A stretch of 32,000 nucleotides of DNA from Candidatus Scalindua sp. (GCA_031316235.1 JALDRA010000001.1:930001-962000), one strand, 5' to 3'. Positions 7,941 through 16,890 are shown, counted from the stretch's first letter. Notes: generated by a model not told the origin, from the sequence alone. Numbers and translations: made by a program.

Positions 7941-10087
7941 AAAAAAGAGCCTCTCAACAGGAACAAGAGTTCGAGCTCCGAAAAAGAGCTGAGACAAGGT
8001 TAAAGTCTCAGGTGCAGGTTTCGGAAGAGATGTCAAATAGCGACATGAAAAAACTGATTCATGAACTGGAGGTCCATCAGGTTGAGCTCCAGATGCAGAA
8101 TGATGAACTGCTTAAAACACAGATGAAACTTGAAGAGTCCCGAGAGAGATATGCCAATCTCTATGACTTTGCACCAGTTGGTTACCTTACCTTTGACAGA
8201 GATGGAGTGATACGGGAGGCAAACCTCACCATTGCTGATCTGTTGGCAACAAAAAGGAACCTTCTCATCAATAGCCTATTTCACCATTTTGTTAAGAGAG
8301 AGGACCAAGACATATTTTATCTGCATAGGAAGAGGATCTTTGAGGGAAAAAAAGCAGAGACCTGCGAGCTAAAATTAAAGGGAAAAGATGATAGAGAGTG
8401 GTATGTCCGATTAGATAGCGTGCGAGTGCAGGATTCTCGAAATAACAGCACCTGTAGAACCGTTATAACGGACATCACCGGGCAGAAAAAGATGGAGAAT
8501 CTATTAAAAGAGTCTGAAGAAAGGCATCGTAAACTTATTGAAACGGCACAAGACGCAATTGTATGTGATGTTAATCAGGTAATTACCGATTGGAACAGAT
8601 CCGCAGAGAAGATCTTTGGGTATTCAAAACGGGAAATAATAGGACAACCGATATCACTCCTTATTCCTGAGAAATATAGGGAAGATCATAGCGAGGGAGT
8701 AAGGCGATATCTAAAGACAGGTAAAACTAAGATAATAGGTAAAACAGTAGAAATCTCAGGAGTGACGAAAGAGGGTGTTGAAATACCGTTAGAAATATCT
8801 ATAACCCATCAAAAACTGAGAAACGAAAAGCACCTATTTACGGCCATCATCCGAGATATCACTGAGCGTAAAGAGGCGATTAAGGCATTGGAACAGAGCG
8901 AGGAAAAATATAGAACCCTTGTAGAGACGATACCTGATATAGTATACAAGATCGATGAGAATGGGTATTTTACCTTTGTAAACAACTCTATACGGAATTT
9001 AGGCTATGAGCCGGAAGAGCTTTTAGGAAAACATTTTAGTCAGATATTACACCCGGATGACGTTAATAACTTGAGCCGGTCCGTAGTCTTAGAGAAGTAT
9101 TCAGGCATCAAGACGAAAGAGATGGATACACCAAAACTCTTTGATGAACGAAGGTCGAAAAAAAGAATGACAAGAAACCTTGAGGTGCGGTTAGTAACAA
9201 AGAATCAAGTGAGAGCAAAAGGTGATATCGGAGGAAGGAGGGGATTATTAACCTCCTTTGGTGAAATAGTAGCTACCGGACACTATTACGATAATGGACA
9301 CAATCATAGCAGGAGATTCGGAGGAACGGTGGGCATTATCATAGATATTACAGAAAAGATAAAATTGCAGGCGGAAATGATACGAGCAGGTCAATTGGCA
9401 TTGATAGGAGAGCTGGCAGCAGGTGTTGCCCACGAGATTAACAATCCCATATACTCCATGATAAATTTAGCCCAACTTATTACGGATGAAAGCGATAAGG
9501 ATAGCAGGCCATATACGTTTGGTAAATTGATTATGGAAGAGGGTAACCGTATAGCAGATTTAACCGCAGACCTTGTCTCTTTGTCGAGAAGTACAGATGG
9601 CCCAAAAAAACCGGTCCCTATACATGAACTCATCTCCAACTCTTTTAAACTGATCGGGATGCAGTTGGAAAAGGACCATATCACTATTAAGGTTAATATC
9701 CCAAAAGAGATACCCCCCCTCATCGTAAATCCACAGGAGATCCATCAGGTATTTTTGAATCTTATCCAAAATGCGCGATACGCCTTAAATGAGAAATATC
9801 CCGGTAGAGACAAAGACAAGATACTTGAAATTTCATGTAACACAGTGTTCATTGACGATCACCAATATGTCCGAATTATATTTTTTGACCGAGGAATCGG
9901 AATTCCGGAAGAGATCCTGCACAGAGTAAAAAGCCTCTTCTTTACGACGAAACCTCCCAACAAGGGAACCGGTATTGGCTTAAGTGTAAGTAAAACTATC
10001 ATTCATAATCATGGTGGCGTAATCACGATAGAGAGCATACGGGGAAAATTTACAAAGGTTGTAATTGATCTGCCCGTAACAGAATAA
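7937..10087 (+). CDS. Cytoplasmic multi-PAS sensor histidine kinase
   Basis: 716 aa with no hydrophobic segment. It has the coiled-coil ELEVHQVELQMQNDELLKTQMKLEESRERY, several PAS S-boxes, the H-box AAGVAHEINNP, the N-box FLNLIQNARYAL, and the G-boxes DRGIGIP and GTGIGLSVS. Confidence 0.9.
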   Translation: MKKRASQQEQEFELRKRAETRLKSQVQVSEEMSNSDMKKLIHELEVHQVELQMQNDELLKTQMKLEESRERYANLYDFAPVGYLTFDRDGVIREANLTIADLLATKRNLLINSLFHHFVKREDQDIFYLHRKRIFEGKKAETCELKLKGKDDREWYVRLDSVRVQDSRNNSTCRTVITDITGQKKMENLLKESEERHRKLIETAQDAIVCDVNQVITDWNRSAEKIFGYSKREIIGQPISLLIPEKYREDHSEGVRRYLKTGKTKIIGKTVEISGVTKEGVEIPLEISITHQKLRNEKHLFTAIIRDITERKEAIKALEQSEEKYRTLVETIPDIVYKIDENGYFTFVNNSIRNLGYEPEELLGKHFSQILHPDDVNNLSRSVVLEKYSGIKTKEMDTPKLFDERRSKKRMTRNLEVRLVTKNQVRAKGDIGGRRGLLTSFGEIVATGHYYDNGHNHSRRFGGTVGIIIDITEKIKLQAEMIRAGQLALIGELAAGVAHEINNPIYSMINLAQLITDESDKDSRPYTFGKLIMEEGNRIADLTADLVSLSRSTDGPKKPVPIHELISNSFKLIGMQLEKDHITIKVNIPKEIPPLIVNPQEIHQVFLNLIQNARYALNEKYPGRDKDKILEISCNTVFIDDHQYVRIIFFDRGIGIPEEILHRVKSLFFTTKPPNKGTGIGLSVSKTIIHNHGGVITIESIRGKFTKVVIDLPVTE

Positions 10088-10094
10088 AAAAAAC

Positions 10095-11786
10095 ATGAAA
10101 AGAGAAATCCTCATAGTTGATGATGAAAAATCCATTCGATTCACCGTAAAGGAGTTTCTGTTAAAAGAGGGATATAAGGTTTATACTGCTGAGAATTTTG
10201 ACGAAGCAGTAAAAACAATTACTACGGAACATCTGGACACCGTTTTATCGGATATTGCTTTAGAAGAAAAGACAGGCATCGACATCTTAAAAGAGGTGAA
10301 AGAGAGACGTCTGAATTGTCCGGTGATCCTGTTCACGGGATACCCTGATGTGGAGACTGCATCAGAAGCGGTTCGTCATGGAGCCTACGACTATATAACA
10401 AAGCCCATTAAAAAAGAGGCACTGCTGCATACTATTTCCAATGCGTTACAGTACAAAACCCTGGTAGAGGAGCGAAATCGGGTCCGTACCAATCTTGAAG
10501 CTATTTTTAAAAGTGTCAAAGATGCCATCATAACAGTGGATAAGGACTTGAAAGTTATTGAGGTGAATGAAGCAGCGAATGCAATCTGTGGTTTTTCACG
10601 TGAAGAAGCCACAGGAAGATCTTTTGACTCAATTCCAGACAGATGTTGCGGGCAATGTATAGAGGCCATGAAAAAAACGATAGAAGAGAAACGACCCATT
10701 GAAATGTATCACATCGAGTGTAAGCATAAGATCCACAATGGACAGGTTGTCTCTCTCAATACATTCCCTTTAATAGACGGGAATAGTCGTCTTTCCGGCT
10801 GTGTCATGATCGTAAAAGATGAGACCCGTACCCATGAGTTAGAAAGAGAGTTAAAGGTGCGACAGCGTTTTTTTAATATTGTAGGGAAAGATGATAAGAT
10901 ACAGACGCTCTACTCGTTAATAGAGCACTTAAAAGATATTGATACGAACGTACTCATTACCGGAGAGACCGGTACGGGGAAAGAACTTATCGTCGAAGCT
11001 CTGCATTACAGCGGCATACGGAGTAAAGGACCGTTAGTAAAGGTAAACTGTTCCGCTTTACCGGAAAGCCTTCTTGAAAGCGAGCTTTTCGGACATGTTA
11101 AGGGTGCATTTACGAGCGCTGTTACCGATAAGGTGGGCCGGTTCAAACAAGCCGATGGAGGTACGATATTTCTCGATGAAATTGGTGACGTATCTTTAAC
11201 TGTGCAGCAGAGACTCCTTCGGGTGCTTCAGGAAAAAGAGTTTGAGCGCGTGGGGGAATCTAAAACAACGAAGGTAGATGTGCGTATCGTGGCGGCAACC
11301 AATCAGGACCTTAAAGAAAAAGTGAGGCGGAGTGAATTCCGAAACGACCTCTATTATCGGCTGAAAGTAGTGGTATTAACTCCACCGCCACTCAGAGATA
11401 GACGAAAAGACATACCACTTCTGGTTGAACACTTTATAAAAAAATTCAACCAGAAGTTTAAAAAGCATATTGAAGCCCTTTCTCCAGATGTGTATAAGCT
11501 CTTTATGAATTATGAGTGGCCCGGAAATGTCAGAGAGTTGGAGAATACCCTAGAGCACTCCTTTATCCTCTGTCATGAGCGCATCATTACCATTGAGGAG
11601 CTTCCCGTTGAACTGAGAGAGATAAAAACCTCTCCTGGTGAAAATGCTAAGACTAATGAATCCGAGACAATCTTGCAGGCACTGGAAAAAAGCCACTGGA
11701 ATAAGTCCCTCGCAGCCAGTTTCCTGGGTGTATCCCGGAGGACCATCTACAATAAGATCAAAGAGTACAATTTACAACATAAATAA
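10095..11786 (+). CDS. Sigma-54-dependent transcriptional activator (REC-PAS-AAA+-HTH)
   Basis: The receiver domain has ILIVDDE and VLSDIAL. The PAS domain carries RCCGQC. AAA+ motifs are [23 protein letters not shown] (a GAFTGA variant) and [10 protein letters not shown]. The C-terminal Fis-type HTH is [19 protein letters not shown]. Confidence 0.92.
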   Translation: MKREILIVDDEKSIRFTVKEFLLKEGYKVYTAENFDEAVKTITTEHLDTVLSDIALEEKTGIDILKEVKERRLNCPVILFTGYPDVETASEAVRHGAYDYITKPIKKEALLHTISNALQYKTLVEERNRVRTNLEAIFKSVKDAIITVDKDLKVIEVNEAANAICGFSREEATGRSFDSIPDRCCGQCIEAMKKTIEEKRPIEMYHIECKHKIHNGQVVSLNTFPLIDGNSRLSGCVMIVKDETRTHELERELKVRQRFFNIVGKDDKIQTLYSLIEHLKDIDTNVLITGETGTGKELIVEALHYSGIRSKGPLVKVNCSALPESLLESELFGHVKGAFTSAVTDKVGRFKQADGGTIFLDEIGDVSLTVQQRLLRVLQEKEFERVGESKTTKVDVRIVAATNQDLKEKVRRSEFRNDLYYRLKVVVLTPPPLRDRRKDIPLLVEHFIKKFNQKFKKHIEALSPDVYKLFMNYEWPGNVRELENTLEHSFILCHERIITIEELPVELREIKTSPGENAKTNESETILQALEKSHWNKSLAASFLGVSRRTIYNKIKEYNLQHK

Positions 11787-11800
11787 CTCCCCCGGTAGCG

Positions 11801-11869
11801 CACATTTCACACTTTGTACATTTCACACTTTGTGCAAATTGCACACTTTGAGCACGTTTCAAACTATCC
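11801..11869 (+). promoter_or_regulatory. Four tandem ~17-bp repeats containing a 7-1-7 palindrome; candidate activator or operator sites
   Basis: TTTCACACTTTGT occurs twice (11805-11817, 11821-11833), followed by TTGCACACTTTGA (11838-11850) and the degenerate TTTCAAACTATC. TGTGCAA-A-TTGCACA at 11831-11845 has perfect dyad symmetry. The array starts 15 bp after the activator stop codon. Confidence 0.4.
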
Positions 11870-11965
11870 TCACCTAGCAAAAAGCACCATTGATTGCCCT
11901 GCTCTTCCACCTTATAACTCCATTTAAAAGCGAAGAGCGATAATAGTGATTCAATTATCTCTCTC

Positions 11966-11980
11966 TGGCATATGTTTTGT
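11966..11980 (+). promoter_or_regulatory. Possible sigma-54 promoter (TGGCAT-N5-TTGT)
   Basis: The -24/-12 spacing is correct, but the -12 element is GT rather than the conserved GC. It lies upstream of the response-regulator gene, with repeat A (12014-12153) in between. Confidence 0.35.
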
Positions 11981-12013
11981 TATGTATATATCTCATGAAT
12001 AAATCGTGCAGAA

Positions 12014-12153
12014 TATACTCATCTCATAATGGTTTCCGGATAAAATCTGAGATAAAAAGGAGCGGGTCAAGCCCCCGGCGTCTTTTGTCCGGTTTTACCG
12101 GCAACTGAGATTTCGTTTCCGGTAAAACCAAAAACCAAAGCAGTTTCAGTATA
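12014..12153 (+). repeat. Family-A repeat (diverged, 140 bp) in the leader of the response-regulator gene
   Basis: It runs from TATACTCATCTCATAATGGTTTCCGGATAAAATCTGAGATAAAA to TTTCCGGTAAAACCAAAAACCAAAGCAGTTTCAGTATA. Confidence 0.8.
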
Positions 12154-12192
12154 TCTGGCAGGGGATATTTAAGAGAGAGGAGGCTTGTTGTT

Positions 12193-12567
12193 ATGACTGT
12201 TGTTCTCATTGCAGAAGGCAATAAAAACCAACGCTTGCTTTATGAGCAGGAATTAAGCATCGAAGGCTATGAGGCCATAACTGCAGCAACTGGCAGGGAG
12301 GCCTTGGATCAAGTTCAAGAACTGCATCCTGACATAATTGTAATGGATATAAGCATGCCAAAGATGGATGTTCTTGAAGCAATTGGCAAGATTACAGGTA
12401 AAAGCAGGAGTACGCCGATTATTATACACACCGCTTATAGCCAATATAAGGAGAACTTTATGTCATGGGCTGCCGATGCTTACCTTGTTAAATCCTCAGA
12501 TCTGACTGAATTAAAGAAAACAATCAATGATTTGCTTAAAGAGAAATCAGGAGCTGCTCTAATGTAA
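12193..12567 (+). CDS. Single-domain response regulator (CheY-like receiver)
   Basis: 124 aa with RBS GAGGAGG. Phospho-acceptor context is IIVMDISMP, with conserved HTAY and YLVKS. The N-terminal acidic pocket is atypical (LIAEGN instead of DD/DE). Confidence 0.85.
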   Translation: MTVVLIAEGNKNQRLLYEQELSIEGYEAITAATGREALDQVQELHPDIIVMDISMPKMDVLEAIGKITGKSRSTPIIIHTAYSQYKENFMSWAADAYLVKSSDLTELKKTINDLLKEKSGAALM

Positions 12568-12719
12568 ATTAAAAAAACATAACAGTAACTGGAAAATACT
12601 TATGGAGCGTCGTTTATTTTTAGGAGCATCCGTTATAAATGAGAAATAGTTATAACCACCCAAACACTGATAAGAATACGAGAGAAACAAAAGACCAACC
12701 TTACCATTTAGGAGTACCG

Positions 12720-12914
12720 ATGGCGAGAGAACATAAAAAAAGGATGTGCTTAACATGTGGGAAGAGGTTTCTCAGCAAATTCCCTCACAATCGTATTTGC
12801 GCACACTGTAACATGATCAACAATACAATAATAGCAGAAGAGCACTCTGTTACTATTAGATCTGAAGATTTAGCGCAAAGGATGGGACACTATCTATGTG
12901 AGGGGGAACTTTGA
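12720..12914 (+). CDS. Small C4 zinc-ribbon protein (64 aa), function unknown
   Basis: The ATG at 12720 follows AGGAG, and I judge the track start at 12639 to be an upstream extension. It has two CxxC pairs: CLTCGKRFLSKFPHNRICAHC. Confidence 0.5.
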   Translation: MAREHKKRMCLTCGKRFLSKFPHNRICAHCNMINNTIIAEEHSVTIRSEDLAQRMGHYLCEGEL

Positions 12915-13062
12915 ACAGAGGGGTTACAGGTGAAGACTCACCATAATTCAGACGAACCAAAGGCCCGCATAATGCATGGGATTCAGGCACAAGTGTATTG
13001 CACGAGCTTACAATTTTAGCGTCTTTATTTAATGTGCAACTTTTTTAAGAGGGAGTTTAGTA

Positions 13063-13491
13063 ATGGTAAAAAATTTAGAAAAAAGCGGTACAAATTTGGA
13101 AAAGGGAATAATCGAGAAAGATAACCTCAGCAAAAATTGTGTTAAAGCGGAATCACAACCAGTGAAAGATAGAACGAGAAATGGCGGGATAAAAAAAGAG
13201 TACGTTAACGATAAAAATCTCTGCAGGGTTACGTTTACACTTCCCAAAGAAGCTACCAACGGGTCGGAGAGTGTCTCTCTCGTAGGCGATTTTAATAATT
13301 GGGATAGCCGTGCCAACCCTATGGAAAAGGGTAAAGATGGGGGGTTTGTCACCGTATGTGATCTAGAGCCGGGGAGGGAATTCCAGTTTCGCTACCTAAT
13401 CGATGATTCGATATGGGAAAATGACTGGTGCGCTGACAGATATGTTAAGAGTTGCTATGGTGACAGCGATAATTCAGTAGTTATAACCTAA
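13063..13491 (+). CDS. CBM48 / AMPK-beta glycogen-binding-type (early set) domain protein
   Basis: VTFTLPKEATNGSESVSLVGDFNNWDSRANPMEKGKDGGFVTVCDLEPGREFQFRYLIDDSIWENDWCAD matches the E-set/CBM48 pattern. RBS is GAGGGAG. Confidence 0.7.
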   Translation: MVKNLEKSGTNLEKGIIEKDNLSKNCVKAESQPVKDRTRNGGIKKEYVNDKNLCRVTFTLPKEATNGSESVSLVGDFNNWDSRANPMEKGKDGGFVTVCDLEPGREFQFRYLIDDSIWENDWCADRYVKSCYGDSDNSVVIT

Positions 13492-13532
13492 GTGTATAAG
13501 AATCTCGATTTTAGATATCTTTGAATAAAAGT

Positions 13533-13672
13533 TATACTCATCTCATAATGATTTTCGGATAAAATCCGAGATAAAATTGAGCGAGTAAAGTCCTCGGCGT
13601 TTTTTGTCCGGGGATACCAGCAACCAGGATTTGGTTTCCGGTAAAACCGAAAACCAAATCAGTTTTTGTATA
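13533..13672 (+). repeat. Family-A repeat, full length (140 bp; used as reference copy)
   Basis: It runs from TATACTCATCTCATAATGATTTTCGGATAAAATCCGAGATAAAATTGAGCGAGTAAAGTCCTCGGCG to CCAGGATTTGGTTTCCGGTAAAACCGAAAACCAAATCAGTTTTTGTATA. Confidence 0.85.
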
Positions 13673-13673
13673 T

Positions 13674-13706
13674 TACCGCAACGCCGTAGATGGGTAGTTT
13701 TTGTTC
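13674..13706 (+). repeat. Family-B right-end fragment abutting the A copy
   Basis: TACCGCAACGCCGTAGATGGGTAGTTTTTGTTC matches the right ends of the 6133-6264 and 21899-21992 copies. No B left half is present. Confidence 0.65.
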
Positions 13707-13729
13707 CACCACTAATTAAGGGATAAAGA

Positions 13730-13954
13730 ATGAAGTCGATGAATGATTTTAAAGAGTTCAATGTATCAAGTTTAGCACATTCAATAAATGAGAATGTTCG
13801 AAAAAGTGAATTTGGATACGCCCATGCAAAAATTAATGACTCAATAGGACAGTGGAAGAAAAAGGCTAACTACGAGTTGCTTTGTGATGAGGCCCAAATT
13901 ATGGTAGAGCTCATGTCGTGTGATAGAGTATTTTCTGGTTGTTTAAACAGTTGA
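13730..13954 (+). CDS. Hypothetical 74-aa protein
   Basis: An ORF with a weak AAGGGA RBS lying in repeat-derived sequence. I recognise no motif. Confidence 0.3.
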   Translation: MKSMNDFKEFNVSSLAHSINENVRKSEFGYAHAKINDSIGQWKKKANYELLCDEAQIMVELMSCDRVFSGCLNS

Positions 13955-14314
13955 TAATCTCAAATTATGTTAATGAAAGAGAGTATTACAAGATGTGGGT
14001 ACTAGAGGGTGCTAAATCAAGAACAACAAGTTATTCTTTCCTGGGCCCTTAGGTATATACTCCTCGCTAGCTCATAAGCATCACCCCACTCTTTTTTTAT
14101 CCAAATATGTAAACAGCTTTTGAACTGATTTATTTCTGTTTTTCATACCTAACTTTTATTTAAAATGAATATTTTGGGTAATACAATTCCCATTTAATTA
14201 GTTGTTGAATCCTGTATAACACTTGAATTCGTTGAGACTTAATAATAATTTAAAGAATTTATTTAAAAAATATTCATACTGTTCACACCCTAGAGAATAC
14301 AAGTTAACATAATA

Positions 14315-14332
14315 TGGGTACTAATATACCCA
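14315..14332. promoter_or_regulatory. Candidate upstream activator site (6-6-6 palindrome TGGGTA-CTAATA-TACCCA)
   Basis: A perfect inverted hexamer pair 64 bp upstream of the sigma-54 promoter. The word TGGGTA(C/A)TA also occurs at 13996-14004 and 14175-14183. Confidence 0.4.
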
Positions 14333-14395
14333 ATTTGATAAATATTTATATCCTGAAAACATATAAGTCTCATCATAACAATTACATAGATGTTT

Positions 14396-14410
14396 TGGCA
14401 CATTCGTTGC
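14396..14410 (+). promoter_or_regulatory. Sigma-54 (-24/-12) promoter of the hsp20 cluster
   Basis: TGGCACATTCGTTGC is an exact match to TGGCAC-N5-TTGC with canonical spacing. It lies 103 nt upstream of an ATG preceded by AAAGGAGG, and an AT-rich tract lies upstream. Confidence 0.8.
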
Positions 14411-14512
14411 GTATTGGAAATCCAGAAAAAATACCTTTTAAAAAAGCGAAAATTTGTTGAGGTGCTGCCTTATTTAATTACATATCTATTATATTTTGAA
14501 AGGAGGTTTAAA

Positions 14513-14932
14513 ATGTTATTACCAAGTGTATTTCAAGACTTATCGGGGCTACAGGAAGCAGTGGACCGTTCGTTTAACACCGACTTCTTTAATAGCTTAA
14601 CAAGCGGGCGGGGTGTTTATCCGGCAGTTAACATCTTTGAAAAGGATGGTGACACCGTTTTAGTTGCGGAATTACCTGGAGTGAAAAAGAAGGATATCAA
14701 CATTGAAGTAAAAGAAAACACTGTAAGACTTTCAGGGGAACGTGCGATAAAGTACGACAAAAACGTTAGTTACCACCGCGCTGAACGTAACTCCTCTAAA
14801 TTTGACAGGACACTGAAACTGCCAATAAACGTTCAGACTGACAAGGTAAAAGCGGAGTATAAAGACGGTCTTCTTGTTCTCTGTCTACCACGTGCCGAAA
14901 AAGATAAACCAAAACAAATTACAATCCAATAA
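14513..14932 (+). CDS. Hsp20/alpha-crystallin small heat-shock protein 1
   Basis: I place the start at 14513 (RBS AAAGGAGG), because the track start at 14390 would put the sigma-54 promoter inside the gene. Alpha-crystallin motifs are AELPGVKKKDINIEVKENTVRLSGER and DGLLVLCLPRAEK. Confidence 0.9.
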   Translation: MLLPSVFQDLSGLQEAVDRSFNTDFFNSLTSGRGVYPAVNIFEKDGDTVLVAELPGVKKKDINIEVKENTVRLSGERAIKYDKNVSYHRAERNSSKFDRTLKLPINVQTDKVKAEYKDGLLVLCLPRAEKDKPKQITIQ

Positions 14933-14952
14933 TTATCGGAAAGGAGGATATC

Positions 14953-15363
14953 ATGAACAATGAAACGAAAGCAGTTACCAAAACTGAAGATAAGAAACCT
15001 GAAAAGAGAGAATATGCTGGAGAGAGGACCGTACAGGGGAAATATTATGTCCCCAAGACTGATATTGCGGAAACAGAAAAAAACCTTGTGGTAACTATGG
15101 ACGTTCCTGGAGTACGAAAGGAAAACGTAAATATCACCCTTGAAAACAATAACCTGGAGGTTGATGCCAAAATAGATTTTTCACCCTATGAAAAACTCAA
15201 CCCGGTATATACCGAGTACAACGTCGGGCACTATACGAGGAGTTTCACTGTATCAAACATTATTGATACGAAGAACATTGATGCAAATCTCACAGATGGA
15301 GTGTTGACATTGACACTACCAAAGGCTCCTGAAGCACTGCCAAGAAAGATTGAGATTACCTAA
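14953..15363 (+). CDS. Hsp20/alpha-crystallin small heat-shock protein 2
   Basis: RBS is GGAAAGGAGG. Motifs are MDVPGVRKENVNITLENNNLEV and DGVLTLTLPKA. It starts 20 nt after hsp20-1. Confidence 0.88.
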   Translation: MNNETKAVTKTEDKKPEKREYAGERTVQGKYYVPKTDIAETEKNLVVTMDVPGVRKENVNITLENNNLEVDAKIDFSPYEKLNPVYTEYNVGHYTRSFTVSNIIDTKNIDANLTDGVLTLTLPKAPEALPRKIEIT

Positions 15364-15497
15364 CTCAGATCGACAGAGGGCTCCTTGGGCCAGGCAACAA
15401 TGAACTTGTGATCGACACACATTCACCATTGCGACGTAAATTAGAATAGTATTTTAAATGCTTATAATTTTAAATTTTAACAGAAAAGGAGGCTATC

Positions 15498-16004
15498 ATG
15501 GCTTTACGAGACTTAATAACATTGAACAGAAAAAAACAGCAACAGACGCAACCTGAACTTCAATCCCCTGTAGCTACGCTTCACAGGGAAGTTGATCAAT
15601 TATTTGACGATTTCTTAAGAAGTTTTGATAGATTTCCGTCTCTCCCTTTCAGGAAAGAGAGGCTATCTGATTTTTCACCAAAGATTAATGTTAGCGAAAA
15701 TGACAAAGAGATTGAAGTCACGGTAGAGGTACCGGGAATGGACCAGAACGACGTTGATGTCTCCCTGAGAGACGACGTGCTCACTATCAAGGGAGAAAAG
15801 AAACAGGAAAAAGAGGAAAAGGATAAAGAGTACTACCATGTAGAGCGGAGCTATGGATCTTTTTACCGTTCCCTTCAGGTTCCCTGTGAAGTTGACCAGG
15901 ATAATATCAATGCCGCATTTAAGAAAGGAGTACTTAAGATAACCCTGCCAAAGAGTATAAAAGCTCAGGAAAACGTGCGGAAGATTGAAGTAAAAGATGA
16001 ATAA
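15498..16004 (+). CDS. Hsp20/alpha-crystallin small heat-shock protein 3
   Basis: RBS is AAAGGAGG. Motifs are VEVPGMDQNDVDVSLRDDVLTIKGEK, ERSYGSFYRSLQVP and GVLKITLPK. A TTAGAA-16-TATAAT (15441-15468) lies upstream. Confidence 0.9.
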   Translation: MALRDLITLNRKKQQQTQPELQSPVATLHREVDQLFDDFLRSFDRFPSLPFRKERLSDFSPKINVSENDKEIEVTVEVPGMDQNDVDVSLRDDVLTIKGEKKQEKEEKDKEYYHVERSYGSFYRSLQVPCEVDQDNINAAFKKGVLKITLPKSIKAQENVRKIEVKDE

Positions 16005-16011
16005 GTAAGAA

Positions 16012-16073
16012 ACCGCTTACTATGGAAGTTAATATTTTGAACTACTTTTTTAAATGCTTCCATAGTAAGCGGT
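16012..16073 (+). terminator. Perfect 17-bp stem with a 28-nt loop after hsp20-3 (attenuator, terminator or processing site)
   Basis: ACCGCTTACTATGGAAG (16012-16028) is the exact reverse complement of CTTCCATAGTAAGCGGT (16057-16073). No U-tract follows, so the terminator call is weak. Confidence 0.35.
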
Positions 16074-16287
16074 CAAATGGCAACAAGCAAAACTTTGTTT
16101 AGCAAGGTATGACAAGTTATATTTCAGTATGAAAAAATCATCCTTCGTTTCTGCTCAGGGCACTCGGCATAACTTATTGGTTGATACTACGAAAAAAAGA
16201 AAAAGAGGCAAGTGTATAAGTAAACTTTTTGAAGATTTCGATAACAAAGCGTCGGTATGTAGGTACTTATCAGAAAAGGAAATTGAA

Positions 16288-16890
16288 ATGTTAAAATACC
16301 AGATAATTATCGGTGTATTATGTTTTGCCCTTGGTGCAGCAGTTCTACTTGCAGTTCAAAACTTTAGAAACGATGAGAAACACGACATACATACAGATGA
16401 TAAATTATTCGATCATAAAGGAAACGTGGACAAAACATTAGATTCATTTTTTAATGATGATTTTTTAAGGTCCAGTAAATCCCCTTTTGAAGAAATGAGG
16501 AGAATGCAGGAGAGTATGATGAGTCAGTTCGGTAAACTCGATGATGATCCCGGTGATGGAATGTTTGGTTCTTGGTTTAAAAAGAGGTTTGGCGGAGGTA
16601 AGCCTGGAGATATACAAACGAGAGAGGATGAAGATTTTGTCTACTATGATGTTGTTATCAAGGACCTTTCCAATAAAAAAATTGACATAAAGGTGGAAGA
16701 CGGACAGATAAGAATTTCCGGTACAATTGAAACAAGATCTGATAATAAGGAAAAGGATGCAACTTCCAGTCAGTTTTATAGCTCAACATTCCATCGATCA
16801 TTTCCTGTTCCCAATGGGGTCGATGGTGATAGGGTACAGATGGAACAGGAAGGCGAGAAAATGATTATCAAATTTCCAAAGATCAAGTAA
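16288..16890 (+). CDS. Membrane-anchored alpha-crystallin-domain protein
   Basis: I prefer the ATG at 16288 (RBS GAAAAGGAAA) to the track start at 16129. N-terminal MLKYQIIIGVLCFALGAAVLLAV is a single hydrophobic helix. The C-terminus FVYYDVVIKDLSNKKIDIKVEDGQIRISGTIE...FHRSFPVPNGVDGDRVQMEQEGEKMIIKFPK follows the sHSP fold pattern. Confidence 0.65.
   Translation: MLKYQIIIGVLCFALGAAVLLAVQNFRNDEKHDIHTDDKLFDHKGNVDKTLDSFFNDDFLRSSKSPFEEMRRMQESMMSQFGKLDDDPGDGMFGSWFKKRFGGGKPGDIQTREDEDFVYYDVVIKDLSNKKIDIKVEDGQIRISGTIETRSDNKEKDATSSQFYSSTFHRSFPVPNGVDGDRVQMEQEGEKMIIKFPKIK

Noticed and set aside
12024-12221. 65-aa ORF, with similar ORFs at 13543..13761, 19975..20196 and 26002..26193
   Set aside because: All are read-throughs of family-A copies (shared peptide …RIKSEIKL…/…FISDFIRK…). 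Their conservation reflects the DNA repeat, not a protein family.
12984-13004. AGGCAC...TTGCA upstream of the CBM48 gene as a sigma-54 promoter
   Set aside because: The GG-to-GC spacing is two nucleotides too long.
14390-14512. N-terminal extension of hsp20-1 (track start at 14390)
   Set aside because: It would place the consensus sigma-54 promoter inside the coding region, and it encodes a non-sHSP basic/hydrophobic peptide. The ATG at 14513 has a strong AAAGGAGG RBS.
13980-14512. Search for CIRCE (TTAGCACTC-N9-GAGTGCTAA) or HAIR-type heat-shock operators in front of the hsp20 cluster
   Set aside because: None was found by eye. The only TTAGCAC (about 13771) has no inverted partner.
16129-16287. 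N-terminal extension of the anchored alpha-crystallin ORF
   Set aside because: It encodes 53 residues of basic low-complexity sequence with no RBS. The internal ATG at 16288 has an RBS and starts directly at the hydrophobic helix. The longer form cannot be excluded.
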